Source: Candidatus Kapaibacterium sp. (GTDB taxonomy: Bacteria; Patescibacteriota; Patescibacteriia; UBA9934). From it: a stretch of DNA of 64,000 bases. Position 1 is the first letter of the stretch. Every line of letters begins with the position of its first letter. The stretch spans positions 426,676 to 490,675 of the forward strand of contig JBILHA010000001.1 in the NCBI GenBank assembly GCA_044350705.1, in the 5' to 3' direction. The notes beneath the pieces are model-generated. The model searched no databases. It saw nothing but the letters and a program-made list of their open reading frames with translations, and was not told the DNA's origin. Made by a program: the position numbers and the translations under genes. Positions 1-9,176 of the stretch are shown here, piece by piece.

Positions 1-1020
1 GTGCAATAATTCTGGCTTATGGAAAAGAAGGTACTTATAAAATTCTCTCCATATGAGTTCAGAAACGTAGTGTACTTCTCCCTGAAGATTCTCTGGCACG
101 GAAAACCAATTCACTCCGAGAAGGTGCCCTTCAGACTTTTCTAAAATTTTTGCGCACATCCAGCGTGCGGAAAGAAGCCCCCATGCAAGCGCAAGCGACA
201 TTCGCGAGGTTCCGTCTTCTTCAGCATCGATGGCAAGCGAATCTCGGGTATCGGCGTATGCGTGTAACCCAGCGCGTAAGAAATGCGTAAAACGATGTTG
301 CGCCTCTGCTTCGCTTGCGTACCAACCTTCCATGCTTGGTGCCGCACCTGCAAGCTCTTCAAGGTGCAAGATGTGTTTCTTTTCTCCCTGCACCTCACAT
401 GTTCGCTCCTGTGAAAAAACATGCATGATGTCTTGCTCTCGTGCTTGTACCTGCTTTACAAACAGCGCGAGTATTGCCGTTGGGACATATTTTGCATGCT
501 CAAGTGGCGCACGTGGAAGTACGGGTGCCGTAAGGAATGATTTCCACACCGCTTTTTTAAATGGCGTAAATACCGAATAGATCGTTCCACTCCCAGAACG
601 TGTTTCTTTTGCAACGGTGAGCTGGTCGGGATACACCACGATTTCCACGTGCGCTTGTTTGAGCTTTTCTACCTGAGAATAAAAATCAGGATAGACGTCT
701 TCGTTTACATGCACGCGCAGAGCATAGCCTTCTGCGAATGCTTTTTTTGCAAATGTCTGGAGCGTTTTTGCACCCTTTCCTTGCGCAATAACAAAATGCG
801 TAAAGTGCTCCGCAAATTTAGGGAGTGCGCGCGCAAGAAACTGCCGTTGCGGATAACCAAACTGCATGCTCGGCTCTGCGCGCGTCATGTAGTCTTCGAG
901 AATAAATATCGGGAGAAAGAATCCGTCGCCGTGCGTTGATCCCGCGATTGCGGCCGTAAGTGCCGGATTATCGGTGAGACGAAAATCTCTCCGCGACCAG
1001 TAAAGGTGGATGGTTTTCAT
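1..1020 (-). CDS. phr: Deoxyribodipyrimidine photolyase (CPD-type), 3' end runs off the window
   Basis: Not in ORF track. Manual translation from ATG at 1020: MKTIHLYWSRRDFRLTDNPAL...YSVFTPFKK...GTSRMSLALAWGLLS...ELIWREFY; open to position 1. Classic photolyase N-terminal and FAD-binding motifs. Confidence 0.9.
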   Translation of the reverse strand, partial: MKTIHLYWSRRDFRLTDNPALTAAIAGSTHGDGFFLPIFILEDYMTRAEPSMQFGYPQRQFLARALPKFAEHFTHFVIAQGKGAKTLQTFAKKAFAEGYALRVHVNEDVYPDFYSQVEKLKQAHVEIVVYPDQLTVAKETRSGSGTIYSVFTPFKKAVWKSFLTAPVLPRAPLEHAKYVPTAILALFVKQVQAREQDIMHVFSQERTCEVQGEKKHILHLEELAGAAPSMEGWYASEAEAQHRFTHFLRAGLHAYADTRDSLAIDAEEDGTSRMSLALAWGLLSARWMCAKILEKSEGHLLGVNWFSVPENLQGEVHYVSELIWREFYKYLLFHKPELLH

Positions 1021-1055
1021 GGCAAAAGCATAGCAAGATTTGTTATGCTCTGCGA
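1021..1055. promoter_or_regulatory. Symmetric bidirectional extended -10 promoters for the two photolyase genes
   Basis: + strand TGTTATGCT (1041-1049), 6 nt, then GTG; - strand TGCTATGCT (1035-1027), 6 nt, then ATG; no SD. Confidence 0.6.
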
Positions 1056-2471
1056 GTGTCTTCTCTTGGTCTCATTTTTCCCCATCAGCTTTTTGAAAAA
1101 AGCGCCCTCCCGTCGCAATGCGACCATATTTTTCTCATTGAAGACTTTCTCTTTTTTCGCCAATTTCCTTTTCACAAGCAAAAAATTGCTTTTCATCGGG
1201 CAAGCATGCGCGCCTATGCACGCGCACTTGAAGCACAAGGCATCAAGGTGACGTATCTTGAAAGTCACGACCTGCGCACGCGCGGCGCTTGGGCGTCTTT
1301 TCTCAAAAAACACAAACCTCACACCCTTGTTTGCTACGACGTCGTTGATACGTGGCTTGCGCAAGATATTCGCCGTGCGGCAAAGCATCTTGGTGCCGAG
1401 CTCACGTTTTTGCCCACTCCCCAATTTCTCAATTCCCCTGAGGAAAATGCCGCGCTTCTCCCCCTCAAGAAAAAACCGTTCATGAAAACGTTTTACGAGG
1501 CGCAGCGCAAGCGTCTTGGCGTTCTCATGCATGCCAACGGCACTCCTGTGGGAGGAAAGTTTTCTTTCGATACTGAAAATCGAAAACGCCTTCCCAAAAA
1601 TCATCGCATTCCCCCTCCGCTTTCGCTTCCGTCGTCGCCTGACGTTGCAGAGGCTATTGCATATACCAACGCCCACTTTGCACAACACTACGGAGAGCTC
1701 GACACCTTTTCTTACGCCACCGATCACCACGGAGCACGCAAGGTGCTTCATCATTTTCTTACCCATCACTTGGCGGACTTTGGCGCGTATGAAGATGCCA
1801 TTTCTTCAACACAGACCGTGCTTCATCACAGCACGCTCTCGCCCTACCTCAACTCAGGCCTTCTTACGCCTCACGAGGTTCTTCGGGCAACCCTTGATCA
1901 TGCAGAAACTCACACCATTCCTCTCAATAGCCTTGAAGGATTTCTTCGTCAGCTCATCGGATGGAGAGAATTTATTCGCGCCATGTATACCCCCCACGGC
2001 AACCGCATGCGTACAAGCAATGCCCTCCACGCTACCAAACACCTTCCTTCTGGTTTTTGGGATGCTACTACGGGAAATATCGTGCTTGATACGAGCATTG
2101 CCCGCGTTCTGCAACATGCATACTGCCATCACATCGAACGCCTCATGGTGCTCGGGAACTATCTCCTCCTCAACGAAACACACCCCGATGAAGTGTACGC
2201 ATGGTTCATGGCCATGTTTATCGATGCGTACGACTGGGTGATGGTTCCCAATGTATACGGCATGAGTCAGTTTGCTGATGGAGGTATTTTTGCCACGAAG
2301 CCGTATATCGCTGCGGCAAATTATATTTTACGCATGAGTGACTATCGTCGTGATGGCGTATGGGATAAGGCGTTCGATGATGCCTTTTGGGTGTTTCTCA
2401 AAAAGCATCGCACGCTTCTTGAGAAGAATCCGCGCTTCCGCATGCTTCTCACTCAGCTTCACAAGCATTAA
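1056..2471 (+). CDS. Bacterial cryptochrome/photolyase family (BCP, (6-4) photolyase-like), lacking FeS cysteines
   Basis: LIFPHQLF, HKQKIAFHRASM, GGKFSFDTENRK, LEGFLRQLIGWREF, YCHHIERLMV, DAYDWVMVPNVYGM, KPYI motifs. Confidence 0.9.
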   Translation: MSSLGLIFPHQLFEKSALPSQCDHIFLIEDFLFFRQFPFHKQKIAFHRASMRAYARALEAQGIKVTYLESHDLRTRGAWASFLKKHKPHTLVCYDVVDTWLAQDIRRAAKHLGAELTFLPTPQFLNSPEENAALLPLKKKPFMKTFYEAQRKRLGVLMHANGTPVGGKFSFDTENRKRLPKNHRIPPPLSLPSSPDVAEAIAYTNAHFAQHYGELDTFSYATDHHGARKVLHHFLTHHLADFGAYEDAISSTQTVLHHSTLSPYLNSGLLTPHEVLRATLDHAETHTIPLNSLEGFLRQLIGWREFIRAMYTPHGNRMRTSNALHATKHLPSGFWDATTGNIVLDTSIARVLQHAYCHHIERLMVLGNYLLLNETHPDEVYAWFMAMFIDAYDWVMVPNVYGMSQFADGGIFATKPYIAAANYILRMSDYRRDGVWDKAFDDAFWVFLKKHRTLLEKNPRFRMLLTQLHKH

Positions 2472-2473
2472 CG

Positions 2474-3196
2474 TCAAAGCCCCTCGCTTCCTTCATCCCA
2501 CGTTACCCTGCCGTCTCCTGTTATTTCAATTGGTTCCCCGCCGTAGCGAGGCTCCGCTCTGGTGACTACTTCATAGAATGCCTTTATACGTGCGGGGATT
2601 TCTCGGGTGATAAATTGGGTTTCTTTGACATACGACTCAAGCGAGGCAGAAACCCCTTGAACAGAAATCCCCTGTGCATCTGCAACATACAATGCACGAG
2701 GAAGATGGAAATCTTGCGTGACGATCATTGCTTCGGTCACGCCAAATACTTCTGCCGCCCGTACCATGGTGTCGTAGGTATCAAACCCCGCGTGATCAAG
2801 GAAAAGATCTTCCGGAGCAACTCCTCGCGCAAGCAACCATTCGCGCATGGCGTTTACTTCATCGTACTGCACCTGTCCGTTATCTCCGGAACAGAGAATC
2901 TTTTCCGTACGTCCATCTTGATAAATCGCCAGGGCAACCATAAGGCGATCCCGCAGAACATCGGACGGCGTTCCATCATGCTTCAATCCTGCGCCCGGAA
3001 CGATCACCACCGGCGCTGCTGCACTTTGCGCATCAACAATGAATTCCTTTCCCTTTACATACACGTACAATGACGCTCCAATCAACATGATGCCTCCAAG
3101 AATGCCAACGATTCCTGCGTATATTCCTATTTTTTTACCATGATTCAAGATATTCTTCGTGAGTGACTTCTTTTCTTTCTCCATACTTTTTTGCAT
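2474..3196 (-). CDS. SanA/YdcF (ElyC-like, DUF218) family membrane protein
   Basis: N-terminal TM helix; VPGAG..GTPS..L.DRL, SGDN, DHAGFDTYDT, VTQDFHLPRA. Confidence 0.85.
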   Translation of the reverse strand: MQKSMEKEKKSLTKNILNHGKKIGIYAGIVGILGGIMLIGASLYVYVKGKEFIVDAQSAAAPVVIVPGAGLKHDGTPSDVLRDRLMVALAIYQDGRTEKILCSGDNGQVQYDEVNAMREWLLARGVAPEDLFLDHAGFDTYDTMVRAAEVFGVTEAMIVTQDFHLPRALYVADAQGISVQGVSASLESYVKETQFITREIPARIKAFYEVVTRAEPRYGGEPIEITGDGRVTWDEGSEGL

Positions 3197-3232
3197 TTTA
3201 TCAAAAATCTCCGACCATGGTCGGAGATTTTT

Positions 3233-4465
3233 TTATTCGTAACGCAATGCTTCGATCGGGTCGAGTTTTGCCGCACGTTTTGCAGGATACCATCCGAATG
3301 CAAGACCCACGATCGTTGAAACGAGTACCGAAGCGACAATGGCTTCCGGGGGAATAATGAGCCCCCAGCCATCGACCGCGCGCGTGAGAATTGCGGCAAC
3401 GAGCACCGACGCGAGCACGCCAAGCAACATACCGAGCACTCCCCCTGCCAGCGTAAGCACCACCGCTTCGAGCAAGAATTGACGAAGCACTTCTTGTGAA
3501 GTTGCGCCGATTGCTTTTCGCAAACCAATTTCTTTTGTGCGCTCAGTTACCGACACCAGCATGATGTTCATAATTCCGATTCCTCCTACAACGAGCGAAA
3601 TGGCCGCAATTGAAGCGAGAAGAATGGTGAGTGTCGAACCTACAATGCCAATGGTTTGCGCGGCGTCTTCTTGGCTTGAAACTGCGAAATCGTCTTTTGC
3701 TAAATCACCTTCTGGATTATCGAGATTATGCGTATCTCGCAAAATCCAACGTGCTTCATCTTTTGCAACTTCGAGGTCGCCCGTTGCACGCGCGGCAATG
3801 TAGGAGAGGTAATCCGTACCAACCACGTTTCTGAGTGCCGTCGTCACCGGAATGTACACCTGTTTATCGAGGTTGGTGAAGAATCGACTGCCCTGTTCGT
3901 CGAGTACGCCGATTACTTTGTATGTTCCATTTTTAATGGATACTTTTTCTCCCAGCGGATCTCCATCGCCAAATAAATCGTCTGCAGCTTCAGAACCGAG
4001 CACGACGTTCATCGCGTAACTATCAACGTCTTGCTCGTCGATGAATCGTCCTTGCGCTATGGTCGCAGGAAATACCTCAAGCTGAAATTGATCAACTCCT
4101 GCAACGTTGGTGAAGAAACTGCTCTCTCCACTTCCTACCGTAGTATTGGTAATCGTTTGTGCGGAAACGAATGAAAAAGGTCCGCGACGACGCATTGCTT
4201 CAACGTCATCGAGCGTAATGGTTTGTTCGACGAATGGACTCGGCGGTCCACCCTCGGTATCTCCTGCACCAGATTCAACGAAAATTTGATCCGATCCTAA
4301 ATCGGCAACTTGGCTTAAAATAAGCTGTTGCGCGCCTTGACCGATGGAAAGCATGAGAATCACTGCGGCGATACCAATAACGATACCGAGTACCGTAAGC
4401 ACTGCACGAGATTTATTTCGTGCGAGTGATTGAAATGCTGACTGTACGAGATCGTTGGTTTGCAT
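3233..4465 (-). CDS. MacB/FtsX-like ABC transporter permease
   Basis: NKSRAVLTVLGIVIGIAAV; VGGIGIMNIMLVSVTERTKEIGLRKAIGA; PAKRAAKLDPIEALRYE. Confidence 0.95.
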   Translation of the reverse strand: MQTNDLVQSAFQSLARNKSRAVLTVLGIVIGIAAVILMLSIGQGAQQLILSQVADLGSDQIFVESGAGDTEGGPPSPFVEQTITLDDVEAMRRRGPFSFVSAQTITNTTVGSGESSFFTNVAGVDQFQLEVFPATIAQGRFIDEQDVDSYAMNVVLGSEAADDLFGDGDPLGEKVSIKNGTYKVIGVLDEQGSRFFTNLDKQVYIPVTTALRNVVGTDYLSYIAARATGDLEVAKDEARWILRDTHNLDNPEGDLAKDDFAVSSQEDAAQTIGIVGSTLTILLASIAAISLVVGGIGIMNIMLVSVTERTKEIGLRKAIGATSQEVLRQFLLEAVVLTLAGGVLGMLLGVLASVLVAAILTRAVDGWGLIIPPEAIVASVLVSTIVGLAFGWYPAKRAAKLDPIEALRYE

Positions 4466-4467
4466 AG

Positions 4468-5145
4468 CTACGCTCCAATTCTGCCGTCTTTCATTCTAAT
4501 GGTCTTTTTGGCGTATGCCGCGATGTCTGGCTCGTGCGTCACCATAACGATCGTTTTCCCTTGCTTGTTTAACTCCGTCAACAATTCCATGACCTGCTCC
4601 GATGAGACGGAGTCGAGGTTTCCGGTTGGTTCGTCGGCGAAGATAACGTCAGGTTCATTCACGAGTGCGCGGGCGATTGCCACGCGTTGACGTTGACCAC
4701 CGGAAAGCTGGTTCGGCAAATGGTCCATACGCTCCCCAAGACCAACTGATCGCAACGCTTTCTCTGCACGAGGACGGCGGTCTTTTTGCGAAACATGTGC
4801 GTACATCATGGGGAGGATGACGTTATCGATCACGCGCGCTTTGGGAAGCAAGTGGAACGCTTGAAACACGAAACCCACTTCGTTTCGACGCATGAGCGCG
4901 AGTTCGTCTTCACCTAACTGCGCAACTTCTTTTCCTTTAAACTCGTAACTTCCTCCCGAAACTCGATCAAGAAAACCAAGAATGTGCATGAGTGTTGATT
5001 TTCCGCTTCCTGAAGGTCCCATGAGTGCAACAAAATCCCCTGGATACACATCGAGATCAACGCCACGAAGGACGTGCGTTGTAATATCGCCATTCACGTA
5101 GTCTTTCGTGATGCCGCGTAATTTCATGATTGGCGTGTGAGACAT
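4468..5145 (-). CDS. ABC transporter ATP-binding protein (LolD/MacB-like)
   Basis: Walker A GPSGSGKST, signature LSGGQRQR, Walker B IFADEPTGNLD; start placed at MSHTPIM (ORF extends to 5193). Confidence 0.93.
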   Translation of the reverse strand: MSHTPIMKLRGITKDYVNGDITTHVLRGVDLDVYPGDFVALMGPSGSGKSTLMHILGFLDRVSGGSYEFKGKEVAQLGEDELALMRRNEVGFVFQAFHLLPKARVIDNVILPMMYAHVSQKDRRPRAEKALRSVGLGERMDHLPNQLSGGQRQRVAIARALVNEPDVIFADEPTGNLDSVSSEQVMELLTELNKQGKTIVMVTHEPDIAAYAKKTIRMKDGRIGA

Positions 5146-5211
5146 AAGCGTGTTTGCAGGCACCGGGTCAACCCTTAAATAAGGTCTCACCATGAGCCAG
5201 CTGTTTCTTCG

Positions 5212-7053
5212 CTATTCTTCCTTTATCGAGAGAATGACCGTTTCCCCCTCTTCGACACCACTGCGTATTTCAAGATAGCCATCATCAGCACGCATGCCTA
5301 CGGTCACCGTTCGCTTCTCAAATTCTCCCGCTTTTTCCAAAGGAATGCGTACATACTTTACGCCATCCGCTTCAAGTACGGCGCGCTGAGAAACATAGAG
5401 CGCACTCTGCGCTTCGCCGGTTACGATCGTTACGTCGGCAGACATCCCGGAACGGATTTCCTCTGCAATGTCCGTATCGGTGAGCACGACGGTTGCTTCA
5501 TAGAACACCACACCTTCAATGTTTTTTTCTGCAGGATTGATTGCGGCTACCGTCGCATGGAAAACGCGATCGTCGCCAAACGCATCGAAAGTCACGGTCG
5601 CCTTGTCGCCGGTTGCAACCTTCGCAATATCAGATTCGGAAATATCAACCGGGATCTTGAATTGTCCGGCGTCTGCCTGAATCGTCGCTACCACAACACC
5701 AGCGCCTGCCTGTTCGCCGACATCAAGGGCAAGATCGGTAAGAATACCGTTAATCGGCGAGGTAATGAGTGATTTTGCATAACGCGCTTGCGCTGCCGCA
5801 AGATCGGCGCGCAAAGAGGCGAGATCTACCGCGCGCGGCGTTGCCTGCACTTGCGCAAGTTGCGCCTTTGCTACTGCAAGATCAGCTTGTCGCGCAGCAA
5901 TACCTGCTTGCGCAATAGTAACTGCGGACTGCGCTGCGGCAATATCATTCTCTTCCGCAATCTGCGCGGCTGCAAAACTTTGCGTTGCCGCCTGAGCAGC
6001 GTTTTGCGCAGCAAGTTCTGCAGTTTCCGCAGTTACCTGTGCCAATGCATACGCCTGCTCACCATTTGCAACGCTCGCTTCATCCGTTTGTACGGCGTCA
6101 CGTGCGGCTTCAATGGTTGCTTTGTACGCATTGATATCGGCCAATGAACAAGAAACCGTGTCGGAAACGGTCATGTCCAGTACGCGCGCAACGTGAAAGA
6201 GCGTGGTACTCGTTCGTGCGAGCGCATCTTCTACCAGTAATTGTGCGGCCTCAATTTCCGCATTTGTAGAAAGCGAGGTGAGCGCGTACACCGCATCTTC
6301 AGCAACATCGCGCGCATTCGCGGCGTTATCGAATGCAAAATTCGCCGCAGATACGGTGGTAGGATCTTGGCGTCCAAGCACTGGCTCGCAGTCATTGTTT
6401 TGCAGTGCATTCTCTCGTCCAAGCACCTGATCGGCATCGGCAAGTCCGCCACGTACCGTAACCAATGCGCCTTCCAAGCTGATAATATAGTCTTCCCGTG
6501 CCTGTGCTACTTTGAGGCTATTTTCGGTTTGCGCGCGCGAAAGATCGTCTTGCGCTTTATCAGCCGCAAGTGAGGCGCTCGTTACCGATGCCGCGGCTCG
6601 CGCGGTTACGCGCATCACGTCCGCTTCTTTTATAGCCAAATCTGCCTCGGCGGATGCAAGAGCCGCTTCAGCAACCGCGACTTGGGATTCGCTCACGGCA
6701 ATCTCTTCATCGGTCGCTCCCGCAAGTCGCTGTTCAAGAAGCGCTTGCGCACGTGCAACATCGGCACCAAGTTCCCCCGCCGAAAGCGAGGCAATCACCG
6801 TTCCCGCGGCCACACGATCACCTACCGCAAAAGGCAGGGATCCAATCACCCCGGATGTGGAAAACGAAAGGTCGATATCCTGCAAGGATTCTACCTCTCC
6901 CGTGACATCGACCGTTTGGATCAGGTCTCCCCTGCGAACCGCCTCGGTCGTTACGGTGACGTTTTCATCTCCTCGAGAAAAGAGCGCAATACCTCCGATC
7001 AGGAGCGCAACCGCCCCAATTCCTCCAAGAATCCAAGATGTTTTCTTCAGCAT
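5212..7053 (-). CDS. Efflux periplasmic adaptor (MacA/HlyD family) with long coiled coil
   Basis: N-terminal TM, lipoyl half-motifs (AVGDRVAAG; ITSPING), ISESDIAKV, RSGMSADVTI; operonic with ABC genes. Confidence 0.88.
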   Translation of the reverse strand: MLKKTSWILGGIGAVALLIGGIALFSRGDENVTVTTEAVRRGDLIQTVDVTGEVESLQDIDLSFSTSGVIGSLPFAVGDRVAAGTVIASLSAGELGADVARAQALLEQRLAGATDEEIAVSESQVAVAEAALASAEADLAIKEADVMRVTARAAASVTSASLAADKAQDDLSRAQTENSLKVAQAREDYIISLEGALVTVRGGLADADQVLGRENALQNNDCEPVLGRQDPTTVSAANFAFDNAANARDVAEDAVYALTSLSTNAEIEAAQLLVEDALARTSTTLFHVARVLDMTVSDTVSCSLADINAYKATIEAARDAVQTDEASVANGEQAYALAQVTAETAELAAQNAAQAATQSFAAAQIAEENDIAAAQSAVTIAQAGIAARQADLAVAKAQLAQVQATPRAVDLASLRADLAAAQARYAKSLITSPINGILTDLALDVGEQAGAGVVVATIQADAGQFKIPVDISESDIAKVATGDKATVTFDAFGDDRVFHATVAAINPAEKNIEGVVFYEATVVLTDTDIAEEIRSGMSADVTIVTGEAQSALYVSQRAVLEADGVKYVRIPLEKAGEFEKRTVTVGMRADDGYLEIRSGVEEGETVILSIKEE

Positions 7054-7092
7054 AAGGGAAAGAGTCTAGCAGAAAAGACGAAAAAAGGGAAA

Positions 7093-7842
7093 TTATTGTA
7101 TCTCCGCGCTATATTCATCTTTATCGCTCATATTCCATGAGGGAAGCGTCGCCCCTGAAATACCTCTGATTTTTTGTATCCCTCCTATTTTTTCTTCCAT
7201 ATACCACACCTCGCGCGTTCCTCCCCCATAGCGCACGGCGAGTGCATGCTCCCGAGGGGAGAAGCGGATTTCGTCCGGGCGCACGTCAAGGCCCGAGGCC
7301 CATGCCCGTCCTTCATCGGTGTGCATAAGCATGAATTCACCTTCCGCCATATAAGCAACCCACATCCCGCCTTCGCTTAAGCTGAGTATCGTTCGCTCTT
7401 CCGTGCCACCCCCTAAAATATGGGTGAGCGTTTTTGTGCAGTAATCCAACCGGTAAAGCGAGAGCGCGGGAAATGCTTCTTGCTGCTCAACGTTTGCAAC
7501 CGCAGTTACATAGGCCTCGCCGCTGTCGGTACTTGGCACATATCGGAGCTGGACCTTGGCGACCGTCAGCAAGGTCTCTCCCCCGTCACCTATGGTTACC
7601 GCTGACATGACACTCCCCGTATCGGTCCGCTCTTCCGTTATACGCACCCCTGAAATATCACTACACACTTCCTGTTCAGCACGGCGTTCATCCTGCGCGG
7701 ACTGCCAAAAAAAATTGAGCGACGTACTTGCAATGTGCGTGACGACGATCGCCCCGACAATGCCGCCTAGCACAAATCCTGCAAGTATTCCTGGGAAAAA
7801 ATGCGTCACCACTGACGGCCCATGATGCCTTCCTCCATGCAT
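7093..7842 (-). CDS. Hypothetical membrane-anchored protein
   Basis: 249-aa ORF with N-terminal hydrophobic helix; beta-rich body with a TolB-like FSP motif. Confidence 0.6.
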   Translation of the reverse strand: MHGGRHHGPSVVTHFFPGILAGFVLGGIVGAIVVTHIASTSLNFFWQSAQDERRAEQEVCSDISGVRITEERTDTGSVMSAVTIGDGGETLLTVAKVQLRYVPSTDSGEAYVTAVANVEQQEAFPALSLYRLDYCTKTLTHILGGGTEERTILSLSEGGMWVAYMAEGEFMLMHTDEGRAWASGLDVRPDEIRFSPREHALAVRYGGGTREVWYMEEKIGGIQKIRGISGATLPSWNMSDKDEYSAEIQ

Positions 7843-7910
7843 ATAGCAGAAGTATACCCTACCTCATTGGCCTTGCCCCTTTTTGTCCATGCACCTATGC
7901 TGCGGTGCGT

Positions 7911-8421
7911 ATGCCCTTCGTTCCCGCTACCACGCTCGTTTTTCTCGTTCGAGAAAAAGAGGGGAAAAAAGGAAGTCTGCCTCGCGCTCAAAAAGCGCGG
8001 TTTTGGCGTAGGGAAATGGAATGGCGTGGGAGGAAAGGTGGAGTCAGGCGAATCCCCTGCTCAGGCAGCACTCCGAGAAACACAAGAAGAAATCGATGTT
8101 GTCGTTCATCTTCCTTGTAAAATCGCCGAACTCACCTTCACCTTCTCTCATCAACCTGCCTGGGATCAAGTGGTCCATGTTTTTGTTTGCAAACAATGGA
8201 AAGGCGAACCGCAAGAAACTGAAGAGATGCGACCGCAATGGTTTTCTCTTGATACTCTCCCATGGGATGACATGTGGCCTGATGATCGTTTTTGGCTTCC
8301 CCTCGTTCTTGAAGGCAACCTTGTCCAAGGAAGTTTTGTCTTTGGGAAGGAGCATGAAATCCTCACGCAGGAGGTACGCACCGTGGATTATCTTTTCTCT
8401 CCCCACGCTTTCCGTCTTTAG
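7911..8421 (+). CDS. NUDIX hydrolase, MTH1/8-oxo-dGTPase-like, with an apparent +1 frameshift near the 5' end
   Basis: KKRGFGVGKWNGVGGKVESGES..AALRETQEE Nudix box and MWPDD motif; natural N-terminus MPFVPATTLVFLVREKEG (ATG 7911) is in a different frame, joined at GGGGAAAAAAGG 7961-7972. Confidence 0.8.
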
Positions 8422-8500
8422 CACCCTCTCTTCCAAGAGTTTATACATAAGGAAAAAACAAAAGCCTCCCCAGGAGCTCTTTTGCTTTTCGGGGTGACGC

Positions 8501-8526
8501 GTTACTTTTGTTCTCGTTGATTCGTT
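8501..8526 (+). promoter_or_regulatory. Possible ECF-type autoregulatory promoter
   Basis: GTTACT-N16-CGTT 24 nt upstream of the ECF sigma start; resembles ECF -35/-10 spacing. Confidence 0.35.
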
Positions 8527-8550
8527 ATACTTGGTGAAGCGCTTCACCCT

Positions 8551-9132
8551 ATGGACGAGATCATGGATTTAGCTACCCGTGCCCGACAGGGCGACCGCGT
8601 CAGCTTTGGATTGCTTTATGACCGGTATGTTCAGGATGTCTATCGTTTCCTTCTTTCGAAAACCCGGAATAAAGAAGAAGCGCAAGACCTCACGAGCACT
8701 ACCTTTATCAAGGCTCTCCAAAACATCACCTCTTTCTCGCCCAAGCGAAATGCCTCTTTTCGCGCCTGGCTCTTCACGATCGCCCATCGAAACTTTCTCG
8801 ATAGCACGCGCTCGGGAAAGCGTTATGAAATGCCGCTTGAGGCAACTGCCGAACCTCAGGCCCCACACTCCCCTGCCCACGATACAGAAAACGTTCTTCT
8901 CCACGAAACGCTCATGAAAGCGCTTCGAGAGCTCAGCGATGCACAACGAGAAACGATTATTCTGCGCGTGTGGCATGACTGCTCGTTTCAAGAGATCGGT
9001 GAGATTCTTGGAAAGAGCGAGGCATCGACCAAGATGCTCATGAAACGCGGGCTTGTTACGTTACAGACACTCATGCCAAAAGAATTTGCAGCGTTTGTGG
9101 TGCTATGGGAATGGTTGACGGTTCATGGCTAG
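8551..9132 (+). CDS. ECF family sigma-70 RNA polymerase sigma factor
   Basis: GD..SFGLLYDRY, AQDLTSTTFIKA, FRAWLFTIAH, region 4 LSDAQRETIILR..SFQEIGEILGKS. Confidence 0.92.
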   Translation: MDEIMDLATRARQGDRVSFGLLYDRYVQDVYRFLLSKTRNKEEAQDLTSTTFIKALQNITSFSPKRNASFRAWLFTIAHRNFLDSTRSGKRYEMPLEATAEPQAPHSPAHDTENVLLHETLMKALRELSDAQRETIILRVWHDCSFQEIGEILGKSEASTKMLMKRGLVTLQTLMPKEFAAFVVLWEWLTVHG

Positions 9133-9140
9133 CGATCAAC

Positions 9141-9176
9141 ACTCCCCCCACTCCCTTTACTCCCCTCACTCCCCCT
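9141..9176 (+). repeat. Four degenerate ACTCCCCTC nonamer units ending directly at an ATG
   Basis: ACTCCCCCC ACTCCCTTT ACTCCCCTC ACTCCCCCT then ATG at 9177. Confidence 0.75.

Noticed and set aside
7961-7972. Programmed -1 frameshift at A_AAA_AAG
   Set aside because: Restoring the NUDIX protein needs a +1 shift, not -1
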